64,000 nt of DNA from Octopus vulgaris (taxonomy: Eukaryota): the NCBI GenBank assembly GCA_951406725.2, contig OX597839.1, positions 11,160,001 through 11,224,000 of the forward strand. The letters run 5' to 3'. The position numbers were made by a program, and so were the translations under genes. This document shows positions 51,859 to 64,000 of the stretch, one piece after another. The number at the start of each line of letters is the position of its first letter. Position 1 is the first letter of the stretch. Under the pieces are notes generated by a model, which ran no database searches, was not told where the DNA came from, and was given only the letters and a program-made list of their open reading frames with translations.

Positions 51859-52142
51859 GGTGACAAGCTGGCAGAATCATTAGCTCATCAGATGAAATGC
51901 TTTGCAGCATATCTTCTAATTAATTACATTCTGCAAAGGTTGACTTTGCTTTTCATCCTTTTAAGGGGACGATTAAATAAGTACCAGTTGAGTGTTGGGG
52001 TTGACTTAAGTGACTTAGCCCCCTACCCTGAAATTTCTAGCCTTGTGCTAAAATTCGAAACCATTATTGCAATGTTCCATCCATTGTCTTCTATGAGTTA
52101 GATTTCCTCTTGGGTTACAGATTCTTCACACATACACACACA

Positions 52143-52533
52143 CAGGAGTGGCTGTGTGGTAAGTAGCTTGTTTACCAACCACATGGTTCCGGGTTCAGTC
52201 CCACTGCGTGGCACCTTGGGCAAGTGTTTTCTACTATAGCCTCGGGCCGACCAAAGTCTTGTCAGTGGATTTGGTAGATGGAATCTGAAAGAAGCCCGTC
52301 GTATATATGTATATATATATATGTTTGTGTGTCTGTGTTTGTCCCCCTAGCATTGCTTGACAACCGATGCTGGTGTGTTTATGTCCCCGTTACTTAGTGG
52401 TTCGGCAAAAGAGACCGACAGAATAAGTACTGGGCTTACAAAAGTATATGTCCCGGGGTCGAGTTGCTCGATTAAAGGCGGTGCTCCAGCATGGCCGCAG
52501 TCAAATGACTGAAACAAGTAAAAGAATAAAAAA
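52143..52533 (+). mobile_element. Near full-length SINE family A
   Basis: Head through tail present. Confidence 0.88.
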
Positions 52534-53054
52534 GAAACACACACACACACACCTCATATTGATAAAGGAGATTGTTCCATGCATAAACCTATTTTATTTT
52601 TGGTAGCGAAGCATAAGGAAGCAAGGAAGTTGTCTTCAGTGGGCCTATCTGTGGTTTGCTTTACTGCACAATACTAGATATTCAAGTAATTCTAGCAGGG
52701 ATTACTTCCAAGACAGAGAATTTCAACAGTTTTTTTTAGGGGAGTTGGGGAGACCATTTTCATGTTATGTCAGAAATATATCATTGTTACTGAGCCCTTT
52801 TTTTACTCGAGTTCCTTGTTTCTCTTGTTCGGAAGCAGCTGAAATCCAATCTCTGCAAAATGTACACAACTTATACCTAGTGATATAAACATAGACTTTT
52901 TCTTCATGAAACCTCCATAATAAGCCTTACATGATACTGTTCACATAATACCCCTAGCATGTGCCCCGTCGTATCATACATCCCTTCTTCCACCTCTTAA
53001 AGATTCTATCAAATAAATATAAACAGACAAAAAAATTAGAAATGCTTTCTGCTG

Positions 53055-53103
<49 letters not shown>

Positions 53104-53363
53104 CATGTGTATATGTGTGTGTGTGTTTGTGTGTGTATAGAGGTATGTATATATATGTGTGTGTGTATATATAATGTAGGTATGTTTGTATGTATGTGTG
53201 TATATCTAAGTTTGTATTTATGTATATATATATGTATATATATGTGTGTGTGTGTGTATATATATAATATATGTGTGTTATATATATATATATATATATA
53301 TACATACATATACATATATATATGTTTTTCTATATATATATATATATATATACACATATATAT

Positions 53364-53403
<40 letters not shown>

Positions 53404-53818
53404 CATATATATACACACATATATATACACACATATATATATATTATAATGTTGACTTTGCAAGTTTTCATAATTTTTTCCCCCAATTTTGCTCTCTTTT
53501 TTTCCTTTCTTGTTTTTAATGTTTTCTCTTTAGCTGAAAGAGTTGAGGTAGATATAGATATGTGAAAATAAACATTTTACAGATTAGAAGCCAGCAAGTC
53601 GGAACATGAAATGCACTAGATCATATTTCTGAAGCATATCAAATGGTTCTCTTTTTTTATTATATTTTCTTTTTTTTTTTCATTTACTCTTCCTCTTCTT
53701 TTCTCAGTTAGTTACACCATCCGTTTCTTCTCTGTCCGGTTGTTGCGGGCTGGTCTTCAATTCGAAGACTCTTTCTCTGACTGCAGCTGGTTTAGAAAGG
53801 AGGGGCAGAGGACATGCA

Positions 53819-53854
<36 letters not shown>

Positions 53855-54977
53855 CTCTCTCTCTCTCTCTCTCAGACAGGCAGACAGGATGTAAAATGAG
53901 AACTCAGATAGTCTTCAAATACATTATAGCTTGGTGTTATCATTTGATCTCAGTTTTCATCATTTTCAATGTTTAAATAAGATTTCTACCAGAGTATTTA
54001 CTATGATTTTACTTTATTTTAGTTTTTTTTTCTTTAAATGAATAAGTTTTCTTATTTTTTTTAAATTTTATTTTATTTATTTATCTTTTCCATATGATTT
54101 TCTTCTTGGTTCTGCTTCATTAATCTTTCTTATATTTATTTCCCTGCAATTTTATTATTGTTGTTGTTGTTGTTATTAATGATGATGATGACGATGATAA
54201 TCATCTGCTACTTGGTCTCTGAAGAGAAGCTACAATGTTCATAATATAGCTTAGATAAGATCATTAGAAATAACGGAGAGACTGCTTAATTAAAACTGAC
54301 TCTATCTTGTCTCTGATCTCCCCACTCCTCTGTCTCACACACACACACACACAGAATGGTCTATATTGCAAACTAAATCCTACTTTCATTAATTTAACCC
54401 CTTCCAGTCTACTGAGCCACATTGTGCCCCACCCCCATTGTTAATTCTGTTTCTTGTGATTGGGCACAAACTGCAGGAATTTCTCTGGTTTATAGCGGTA
54501 TTTCGTCTGTTATTACGTTGGGAGTTCAAATTCCGCCGAGGTTGACTTTGCCTTTCATCCGTTCGGGGTCGATAAATAAAGTACCAGTTACACACTGAGG
54601 TCAATGTAATCAACTTAATCCCTTTGTCTGTCCTTGTTTATCCACTCTATGTTTAGCCCCTTGTGGGCAGTAAAGAAACATATATTCTTCTTGAAGAGGG
54701 AGGGGCAAGGGGGTAAAAAAAGTCCCTGCATACTTCCCTTCACATACCATTGTTGTTACTATTGTTGCCCTGATCTGGCAGACCTATAGTCCCATTTCTT
54801 ATGTTGTGATTTGAAGGGCTGTTATCTTGAACATGTGGCACACTCCCACCCCTCATGAAATTAGACTGATTAGACTAAAATATCTTAGCAAGGATTTGAA
54901 CACTGGACCAGCAGTAATATATTGCATACCGTAGAGCAGAAGATAAAGTTTTGTTTTCTTTTTTCAATTGTTTAACC

Positions 54978-55439
54978 CTTGGTCAGCCCTGATCCGAAAC
55001 AGTCTATGTCCTGGATTCTAGGCAGTGATTCTGAGGGAGATTTAGCTGTTATTTTTAATGGCAACTAAGGCAGCGAGCTGGCAGAATCGTTAGCATGCCA
55101 GGTGAAATGCTTAGTGGTATTTCGTCTGCCGCTTGGTCAGCCCTGATCCGAAACAGTCTATGTCCTGGATTCTAGGCAGTGATTCTGAGGGAGATTTAGC
55201 TGTTATTTTTAATGGCAACTAAGGCAGCGAGCTGGCAGAATCGTTAGCATGCCAGGTGAAATGCTTAGTGGTATTTCGTCTGCCGCTTGGTCAGCCCTGA
55301 TCCGAAACAGTCTATGTCCTGGATTCTAGGCAGTGATTCTGAAGGAGATTTAGCTGTTATTTTTAATGGTAACTAAGGCAGCGAGCTGGCAGAATCGTTA
55401 GCACGCCAGGTGAAATGCTTAGTGGTATTTCGTCTGCCG
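54978..55439. repeat. Recent tandem triplication, 3 x 154 bp, including a SINE B head
   Basis: Units start at 54978, 55132 and 55286; unit 3 differs at ~3 positions and continues into a complete SINE B (to ~55605). Confidence 0.92.
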
Positions 55440-56159
55440 CTATGTTCTGAGTTCAAATTCCGCCGAGGTCGACTTTGCCTTTCATCCTTTCGGGGTCAAT
55501 TAAATAAGTACCAGTTGCGCACTGGGGTCGATAATTGACTTAATCTGTTTGTCTGTCATTGTTTGGTCCCTCTGTGTGTAGCCCCTTGTGGGCGGTAATG
55601 AGATAAGAATCGCTAGCACGCTGGGCGAAATGCTTAGCAGTATTTCGTCTGCTGTTATGTCTTCAGTTCAAATTCCGCCAAGGTCAACTTTGCCTTTCAT
55701 CCTTTTGGGGTCAATAAATCAAGTACCAGTAAAACATTGGGGTCAATTTAATCAAATACTCCTTTCCCCACTAACTGAGGCCTTGTGCCTCCAGTAGAAA
55801 GGATTTTCAATGGTAACTGTATAGAAAAAAAATGTTCCTTTAGTGATTTTATACTGAATTGAGTCTGTCATTTGTCTTGGTTCAACTGAGGATTCCATAT
55901 GTATCTAAGATACTTTTGAGAAAGGCATCAGCTTCACTCATCTCAGTTTCTGTCTTTTATCATTTACTTGTTTCAGTCATTAGATTATGACCTTGGAGAA
56001 TTTTTAATCTTATGAATTGACCTCACTACTTTTTTTGTTTTTAGACCTGGTACTTATTTATTCTATCAGTCTCTATTGCTGAACTTGTTAAGTTACAAGG
56101 ATGTAAACACACCAACAACAGTTGTCAAGTGACAGTGGGGAACAAACACATCCACATAC

Positions 56160-56343
56160 GCGATTTTTTTCCTCTGTCTTCCCTTCTCTGGATCTTTCCT
56201 TCTCCTATGTTTCCGACGAAGAGCTCCGCTCAAAACGTTAAGCCCTCCTTCTTTCCTTCTTTCCTGAGTGTCCAATAATACTATATTTGTTCCACGTCCT
56301 CGCGTTGTGTATTTTTTGTTGCTTTCTTGTTTGGATTAACTTT
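56160..56343 (+). mobile_element. Family F Penelope-like element with an inactivated hammerhead
   Basis: GTTT-CCGACGA-A-GAGC-TCC-GCTC-AAAA-CGTTAAGC (GAAA mutated to AAAA); otherwise matches 17745-17954. Confidence 0.7.
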
Positions 56344-56349
56344 TATATA

Positions 56350-56665
56350 TACGTAAAAAGCACTATCCGACTCGTGGCCGATGCCAGCACCGCCTCGACT
56401 GGCTTCCGTGTCGGTGGCACATAAAATACACCAATCCGACCGTGGCCGTTGCCAGCCTCGCCTGGCACCTGTGCAGGTGGCACGTAAAAAGCACCCACTA
56501 CACTCACGGAGTGGTTGGCGTTAGGAAGGGCATCCAGCTGTAGAAACATTGCCAGATTAGACTGGAGCCTGGTGCAGCCTTCTGGCTTCCCAGAACCCCG
56601 GTCGAACCGTCCAACCCATGCTAGCATGGAGAACGGACGTTAAACGATGATGATGATGATGATGA
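56350..56665 (+). mobile_element. Retroposon family E
   Basis: Matches 8822-9099; (GAT)n tail. Confidence 0.78.
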
Positions 56666-57957
56666 TATATATATATATATATATATGACAGGTTTCTTTC
56701 AGTTTCCATCTATCAAATCCACTCACAAAGCTTTGGTTGGTTTGAGACCATATTAGAAGACACTTTCCTTGGGGACCATGCAGTGGGACCAAAACCGGAA
56801 CCATGTGCTTGGGAAGCAATTTTCTTACCACATCACCATGCCTGTTCATATAAATTTTTAGCTTTTGTCTACAATATTGACAGTTCATATTTTACTGCTG
56901 CTGCTGTTGCTACTGCTACTCCTCCAATGACAGACGCATTAATAAGCACAAAGCTGCTTGCTTGGCTTGTCCGCAATTCTTCATTATAATTTCATCTTTT
57001 TTTTTATTTTGTTTTTATCGGGGATTAGTTTGAATACTGAGTTTGTGAATGAAGACCTATCCATCTGTTTTCTTCCTTTTTATTTTTTTTTGTTTCACTT
57101 TGTTTTTTTAATTTATTTTACTTTCTTTTAATTTTATTTTTTGTTTTCTTTTGTTTTTGGTTTTTTGAAATCAGTTAAGTCATTTTTGAAAGTTGGTGAT
57201 GTGATATCTTTTATGAAGATAACCATTATCTGATTTTTAACATGAGATCAATCTCCTGATGAATGTCAGGTGGTGGTGATGATGGTGGTGATAATGGTAG
57301 CGGTGGTGGTGGTGGTGGGAATATTTTAGATGCTGCTTGCTATACGTTTGACGGGCGATCAAAATCAACAGATTGAGAGATATTGACTCGGAACTAGTTT
57401 CACCCTGTACAAATGTTATCTCTTTCGTTTATCACCTTAAAATTATTGCTTTTTTCTTTCTTTTTTCTTTATTTATTTCATATCATTATTATTATTATTA
57501 TCCACTTCATTTCTTCCAATAACATTAGTCTTGTGCTGTTGTTGTTGCTGCTGCTGTTTAATCTCCAGTTCAGTCAATCTTGATTGGACAGCCTGATAAT
57601 CAAAGGTATTCCTGTCGGGGGGTTTTTTCTTGTGGGGTGGGGTTTACCTAGTATTACCATTATCCAAGTGTATACTGTCCTCAGGGTGTGATTTAAGGGC
57701 AATTTGGCTGCTATTTATGGCAGGTTGTGAGATGATATACAGACGTCTTTGTTGTTGTTGCTTGTGTCCACCAAGGTCAGACTTAATCAAATAATACGAT
57801 CTAAGATCTTCCAGTTGTGACCCTCCTGTGTTTTTCTGGTTTGTTTTTTCTTTTTTCTAGTACAACAAAGCTTGCCTTGGTTGAACAGACTTAAAATCAA
57901 AAGTTTTCCAATTGTGGTCATCCTGGGTTTTTTTTAAAAAACTTTTTTTATCTATAA

Positions 57958-58340
57958 GCACAGGCATGGCTGTGTGGTGAGAAGCTTGTTTCCCAACCAC
58001 GTGGTTCCAGGATCAGTCCCACTGCATGGCACCTTAGGCAAGTGTCTTCTACTATAGCCTTGAGGCGACCAAAGCCTTATGAGTGGCTTTAGTAGATGAA
58101 CACTGGAAGAATCGCATTGTATGTGCGTGTGTGTCTTTGTCACTTTGTTCCCAACCACCTCTTGACAACCAGTGTTGGTGTGTTTACATCCCTGTAACAT
58201 GGCAGTCCGACAAAAAAGACTGACAGAATAAGTACTAGGCTTTAAAAAATTAGTCCTGGGATCAATTTGTTTGACTAAACCCTTCAAGGCAGTGCCCCGG
58301 CATGACCCCAGTCAAAAGACTAAAGTAAGTAAGAAGAGAA
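57958..58340 (+). mobile_element. Diverged SINE family A (second older copy at ~58435-58750)
   Basis: Head, CORE and tail recognisable. Confidence 0.75.
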
Positions 58341-59725
58341 AAAGGATGCCGTAGAGAAAGACATGTTGAACTAGAGACATAGAAATCATGGGTTCAATCT
58401 CGGGCAATATGTATAGGATTCTTTTCTGCATGGTCTCGGACATGGCCATGTGGTTAAGAAGCTCATTTTGCAACCATGTGTTTTGGGTTCAGTCCCACTG
58501 CACAGAACCCTGGGTGAGTGTCTTCTACTATAACCCTGGACTGACCAATGCCCTGTGCATGAATCTAGTAGACTGAAACTGTGTAGAAAATTGTTGTGTG
58601 TGGGTCTGTGCTTGTATCCCCCACTCCACCCACTGCTTGATAACCAGTGTTGATTTGTTTACATGCCCATAACTTAGCAGTATGGCAAAAGAGACTGATA
58701 GAATAGGTGTCAGGTATGTATAAGAACTGGGGTCAATTTGTTTGACTTAACCCAAGGCAATGATAAAAGACACTTGCTCCAACATGCTACACACTAGGAC
58801 TGAACTCAGGACCTTGTGATTATGAAGTAAATTTCTTCACTGTTTGGCTATGCTGTTTTTATGTAATATGATCTCATAGATAAGTTAATGAGGAGGTCTC
58901 TGTGTAGTTACTTGACCTGTGAGAAACCTCAACCAAATCTTCCTTAAATTGTGTCTTAGCAGAAGAAAGGAGGACACATTGGTTAATGTAGTCCTAGGTT
59001 CACTATTGCCTAAAGCCAAAATTATGGAATGGCTTTGATTATATATGACTGCTTGACCAGAGTTGACCTGGAGCTAAGCAACAACATATTACATGCCTAC
59101 TTGGCTAAAGTCGTCGACAACTGTAACCACAACCTCGAGGTTAAACCCACCTCATCTATTGAGCCACCTCCGTGTGTATACAGCCTCCATATTTCTCCAT
59201 CCCTTCAGATATGTTTCGAAATTCAATTCAGTTATTGAGTTCAAGTGTGGAAGCTAAGTATTTCCTGCTGTTTATAACTTGTTCTTCTTAGCACCGATGC
59301 CACGGTGCATTGCTAATTACTAAGGAATTGTTTCAGACATCACCTATGGGAAGCGGAGGAGGGAGGGAGGGGGTCGGAAGTAAAACAGGCCAGAGGCTAT
59401 GGAAGTTTTCATCTTTATCGCATTCAATCTGTTGTTTTACTTGTTCAAGCTATTAATGCTTGTCACCTTCAATCTCTCTCAAAACCTTGCTCCTACAGTG
59501 TAGTTCAATTGTCCACAACTTAGCTATTTCCTAACACCCCCACCCTGCCTCCCCTTCCTCTCCCTCTTTACTCTCATCGATTAAATCTTTCTCGAGTGCC
59601 TTCTGCTATTGTTCTGTATTGTTGACTTGTCGAAATATTTCCCATTCTGTTTTCATTTTGTTGTGCTTGTTCCCCCCCCCACCCGTCTCTTCCGCTCACT
59701 TTTCTTTTACGTACATCCACCCCCT

Positions 59726-59800
<75 letters not shown>

Positions 59801-59945
59801 AAAACTGGACCAGGTAAGAACAGAAATATAAATAATAATTATGTTTCACTTCTATCGAGTTCAGTTTGTTAGGGAGACCATCGACTGTGAATTCTTCAGT
59901 CACACAAAACACTTATTATTATGCAATAGATCTTACCCCTTATAC

Positions 59946-60178
59946 CTATTTCTTTATTGCCCACAAGGGGCTAAACATAGAGTGGACAAACAAGGACAGG
60001 CATAGATATTAAGTCGATTACATCGATGCCAGTGTGTAACTGGTACTTAATTTATCGACCCCGAAAGTTTGAAAGGCAAAGTCGACCTCGGCGGAATTTG
60101 AACTCAGAATGTAACGACAGACGAAATACCGCTAAGCATTTTCGCCTGGCGTGCTAACAATTCTACCAGCTTGCCGCC
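59946..60178 (-). mobile_element. Full-length SINE family B
   Basis: Reverse complement of family B. Confidence 0.88.
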
Positions 60179-60462
60179 TTTACAGCTCTGAGATATATCT
60201 AACTGTGGTACCTATATGCGGCTAAGTGAACTGGGCAAAGTATGAAGTGCATTGACCATCAACCCAGTACAATAGCCTTAACAGTCTACAACTCTATCTG
60301 CCTGGCCAGCTGTGGGACACAGAGTAGAAACCATTAGTTTTTCAGTCGGTAGTCTGATACCCTATCAACTGGCCAGCTGTAAGCTCCACAATTACACCCT
60401 TCTAGAGATTTCCTGACTGGTAAAAAGGAAATAGTTTGGTAGTTTGGTGAAATACTTCATTG

Positions 60463-60501
60463 TTAACTGACCTCTTGTTTTCCTGCTCATAACAGGTAAC
60501 C
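60463..60501 (+). promoter_or_regulatory. Weaker candidate recursive splice site or cryptic acceptor
   Basis: TTAACTGAC branch point, CCTCTTGTTTTCCTGCTC tract, ACAG|GTAACC. Confidence 0.35.
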
Positions 60502-60854
60502 TGGCTTTATTGGCTGCTTCCAGTAATGAAAGTATATTTTATAAAAAATATATATTAGCCACAGAGGCTGTGTTAATACCAGGAGGTTATATTAATCCCC
60601 ATTTAAACATGGCTGAATGTTCTGCTAGAACAAACTATACTGTGGTGGTTAGCATGAGAGAAACTTATATTGGCTTTTGGTGCAAAATACACTCTTGTTT
60701 ATATTCTTTTACCTTTCACCTGGTACTTATTCTGTCCGACAGAATAAGTTCCAGGTCGATTTAAAATGCGATAGGGTTAATGGAAAATGCCAACTTTGTC
60801 ACAGTATGCCATATGGAATACTCGGCCATTTATACTTATAAATAACTCAAGATA

Positions 60855-61081
60855 AACTATTTAGTGTTCACATTATTCTGCCAAAATTAATGCTTTTTCA
60901 TCCACATTGTTTTGAACTAATCATGCATTATCTTGTAGCTATGAGATTTTGATGAGGTAGCTGTTAATTTTTAAAACGATATTGTAGGGTTGGTGTGAGA
61001 GACCAGATCTGGCCATTTTGAACATAAAACAAGCAGAATACTTTTGGCCGGATATGGCCGGTTTAAATGCTAAAGGGTTAA
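60855..61081. mobile_element. piggyBac-like MITE (family C)
   Basis: Matches 11029-11257; right end AAATGCTAAAGGGTTAA. Confidence 0.8.
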
Positions 61082-61616
61082 AGGGCTGACCATCTCACAC
61101 TTTATAACATAGATTCTGCTAAGGATTGTTATAGGCACATGTGTTTATGATATCCACACTGTTCAAACAGCCATTCGAGGTCAGTGAGTGTTTTCAGACT
61201 TAAGGTGGCATGATAATAAAACAGAACAATATTTAATATGAGGAGGGCAGCTTTAGGGAAGGCATAAGCTTTATAACTTCATATATTTCTGTGTTCTGTT
61301 GGTGTAAAAGGCAATTATAATTGAATAAGAAAATTGCAGACTCAGTTGTAGGGTTGTTTACAGACTAAGTCAACAAGTGAGGTTTGCTGCTTCTTCTCCT
61401 CCTCCTGCTGAATGTCAAGGTGCTTCACATAATGTGGCCCTTCATCAGCTGGCACACAAACAACAGAAAATCATCAGCCTTTGTTGATGTATATGCCATG
61501 GTTTTCACAGCTGGATGCTCTTCCTCTCATCCTCTTACCATTCACCTTACTGTGTGAACTGGATATATTTTATTCCACTGACACGTTGAGGGGCCATCTG
61601 CTGCAGGACAAAAGTG

Positions 61617-61651
<35 letters not shown>

Positions 61652-62132
61652 CTACATCAGTTTTAATTCTCATTGATTGTTCTTATTTGGCTGCTTACAT
61701 CTTTTATCCTTTTTTTGCATGATTTTTTAAAATGAAGTGCACAATAGGAAGGGCAACCAGTTAGATGCCCTAACTAGTGTCAACCACATTACAACTTGCC
61801 CTGGGGTAAGTTTATCATAGAGACCTTAGATAATTTGACTCTATTTGAATAGCACAGCCTCCAATAACCCTTATTCTCTGGATGCTATTTGTTACATCTT
61901 TACCCTTCTGAAGACTATTTCTAATACCCTGGCATTTTGTCTTAATTAATTACAGCCGCAATTCTGGCAGTTAGCAATCTGCTATAGTCTTTTTCTTCCA
62001 ATGAAAGGGTACCATTTTTTTTTCCCTTCTTTTAAGCCCCATGCTATATTAAATATTGCTTTTGTTGTTTTTTTTTCTTGCAAAATATCCTACATACTAT
62101 CACAGTCATTATTTGCCACCCCACCTCTGCGT

Positions 62133-62173
<41 letters not shown>

Positions 62174-63159
62174 CGCGCGCGCACAGACACCCATCCCTCT
62201 ATCCACCTTCCCCGTCTTATTGACTCAGTCCACTTCAGTCTCGAAGCATTTCGGTGATGTATATTTAGTGTCAACCTTCGCATAACTAATTACTTTTATC
62301 CACTTAGCTGTCACGCTCTCAAGATTTACCTTCTTTACAATGGATTTCATACATTGTAATCATGTGTCATATGCAATAGTTATGGTTTTGTTGTTATTGT
62401 TGATTTTGTTGTTAGTTTTTATTTTATTATTATTATTATTTTTTCTTTCACTTTTTGCTTACAGGAATATAATACATATCATTTTTTTTTTCTTTTGCTC
62501 TCAAAAAATGTTGCTGTTTACTTTTCTTTTTCATTTATTGCTTTTGCTTTGTTGTCGAAACAAATTTTAAGATAGTAAACCTGTTATTTCAAAGGTGGTT
62601 TTACTTACTTTACCAACCAACCAACCAACCAACCAACCAACCAACCGGCTAGCTAGCCAGCCAACCGACCAACCGACCGACCAACCAGCCAGTGGTTGTG
62701 TTCATGGCCTATTGAAGCTCAGTATTGAAGGAATATTCAATTAGCTAATGTTTGAGTAGATGGGCCAGCCAAGCCAATGTCAGTGATCTTCATTCAGCTT
62801 GTATCCATGCTCATCAATTACAGCATCCAAGCTCTCTTTTATTTATTTCCACAGACTTACACAGAACCCTCTTCCCTCCCTCTCACTTGCTCATATTATG
62901 AATAAATAAATAACTTGCTGAATAGATGCTATTTCTAGCAAATAACTTGCCTTTATCATGGGACACAGCCTTTTGCTGCTTTGTCAGGTCTTGTTCTACT
63001 CTTAGTTCAAAGGAGATTCTGTTTCAGTAAACTATGGTAAGCGCTATCTGGGGTTTGGCTCTGTTGTGATTAACTGTTGTTTGGTACATTGACCTTGTAT
63101 ATTTTGCACATATAATTCCCCTTGCATGTTTTGTATACAATTTATTCTTGTTATTTTTA

Positions 63160-63496
63160 CTGTGTGGCACCTTGGGCAAGTGTCTTCTACTATAGCCTCG
63201 GGCCGACCAAAGCCTTGTGAGTGGATTTGGTAGACGGAAACTGAAAGAAGCCCGTCGTATATATATATGTATATATATGTGTGTGTGTGTGTCTGTGTTT
63301 GTCCCCCCAACATCGCTTGACAACCGATGCTGGTGTGTTTACGTCCCCGTTACTTAGCGGTTCGGCAAAAGAGACCAATAGAATAAGTACTAGGCTTACA
63401 AAGAATAAGTTCTGGGGTCGATTTGCTAGACGAAAAAGGCGGTGCTCCAGCATGGCCACAGTCAAATGACTGAAACAAGTAAAAGAGTAAAGAGTA
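63160..63496 (+). mobile_element. 5'-truncated SINE family A
   Basis: CORE through tail, near consensus. Confidence 0.85.
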
Positions 63497-63829
63497 TTAT
63501 TATTGTTGTTTTTTAACTGCAGATCAGTCATATTTAAATTGATATCTGAACAAAAATGTTCCACTCAGGGCCATCCCAACTTTGTTTTAACCTTTGTGGT
63601 ATCTATCTATGGCTACATTATTGGATTGGATTGGATTGCCCATGTCCAGTCAACTACAGCACAATGGCTTCAGCATGCTCTCTCCATCGACCATAGTATG
63701 ATGTGGAGGCTGTGAAATTGAGCTTGAGATCATACCGGTTTGATGAGCCTACTTTGCCACACTGGCTCAACATGGCTTAGTAGAGGGGGTACAGTCTTTA
63801 TACTCATACCCAGGAGTAGTTAAGGCACT

Positions 63830-63993
63830 TGCATCGACCCTAGTGCTCAACTGGTACTTATTTTATTGACTCCCAAAAAACGGATGAAAGGCAAAGTTGA
63901 CCTCGGTGGAATTTGAACTCAGAATGTAAAGACAGGCAAAACATCACTAAGCGTTTCACTTGGCATGCTAACAATTCTGCCAGCTTGCCACCT
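63830..63993 (-). mobile_element. SINE family B head and core
   Basis: Reverse complement of the B head and core. Confidence 0.75.
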
Positions 63994-64000
63994 TATTAAT

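Larger units (their letters stand above)
55955..56845 (-). mobile_element. SINE family A split by two nested insertions
   Basis: Tail and body 55955-56150, head 56690-56845; family F and family E elements lie in between. Confidence 0.7.

Noticed and set aside
54985-55010. CTGATCC-GAAAC-A-GTC in the 154-bp tandem unit, resembling a retrozyme hammerhead
   Set aside because: Core lacks G8/A9 and there is no stem II or stem I; appears to derive from an old dispersed repeat

Overview
AT-rich eukaryotic DNA dense in microsatellites. The repeat families (tRNA-derived CORE-type and Meta-type SINEs, TTAA MITEs, RTE and Penelope relics) point to a coleoid cephalopod, most likely Octopus (inference). 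I can support no intact host protein-coding exon: nearly all ORFs in the track translate (TA)n/(CA)n/trinucleotide repeats or SINEs. The window reads like part of a very long intron transcribed on the + strand, inferred from the apparent T-richness and a strong splice signal. Real protein relics are three RTE-clade LINE 3' ends, a DD37D (maT) Tc1/mariner fragment and a pogo-like C-terminus. Two non-coding signals stand out. (1) A textbook recursive-splicing site at 30604-30611 (121-nt AG-free pyrimidine tract, branch point, TTTTAG|GTAAGT) followed by a stop-containing cryptic exon with its own donor; a weaker candidate lies at 60494. (2) Five hammerhead-ribozyme-like motifs from at least three unrelated short elements next to (TA)n. 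They include an extended type I hammerhead on the minus strand (27663-27751) and a variant-core hammerhead inside a 154-bp palindrome (14364-14517). Coordinates were counted by eye; the ends of degenerate repeats are approximate.
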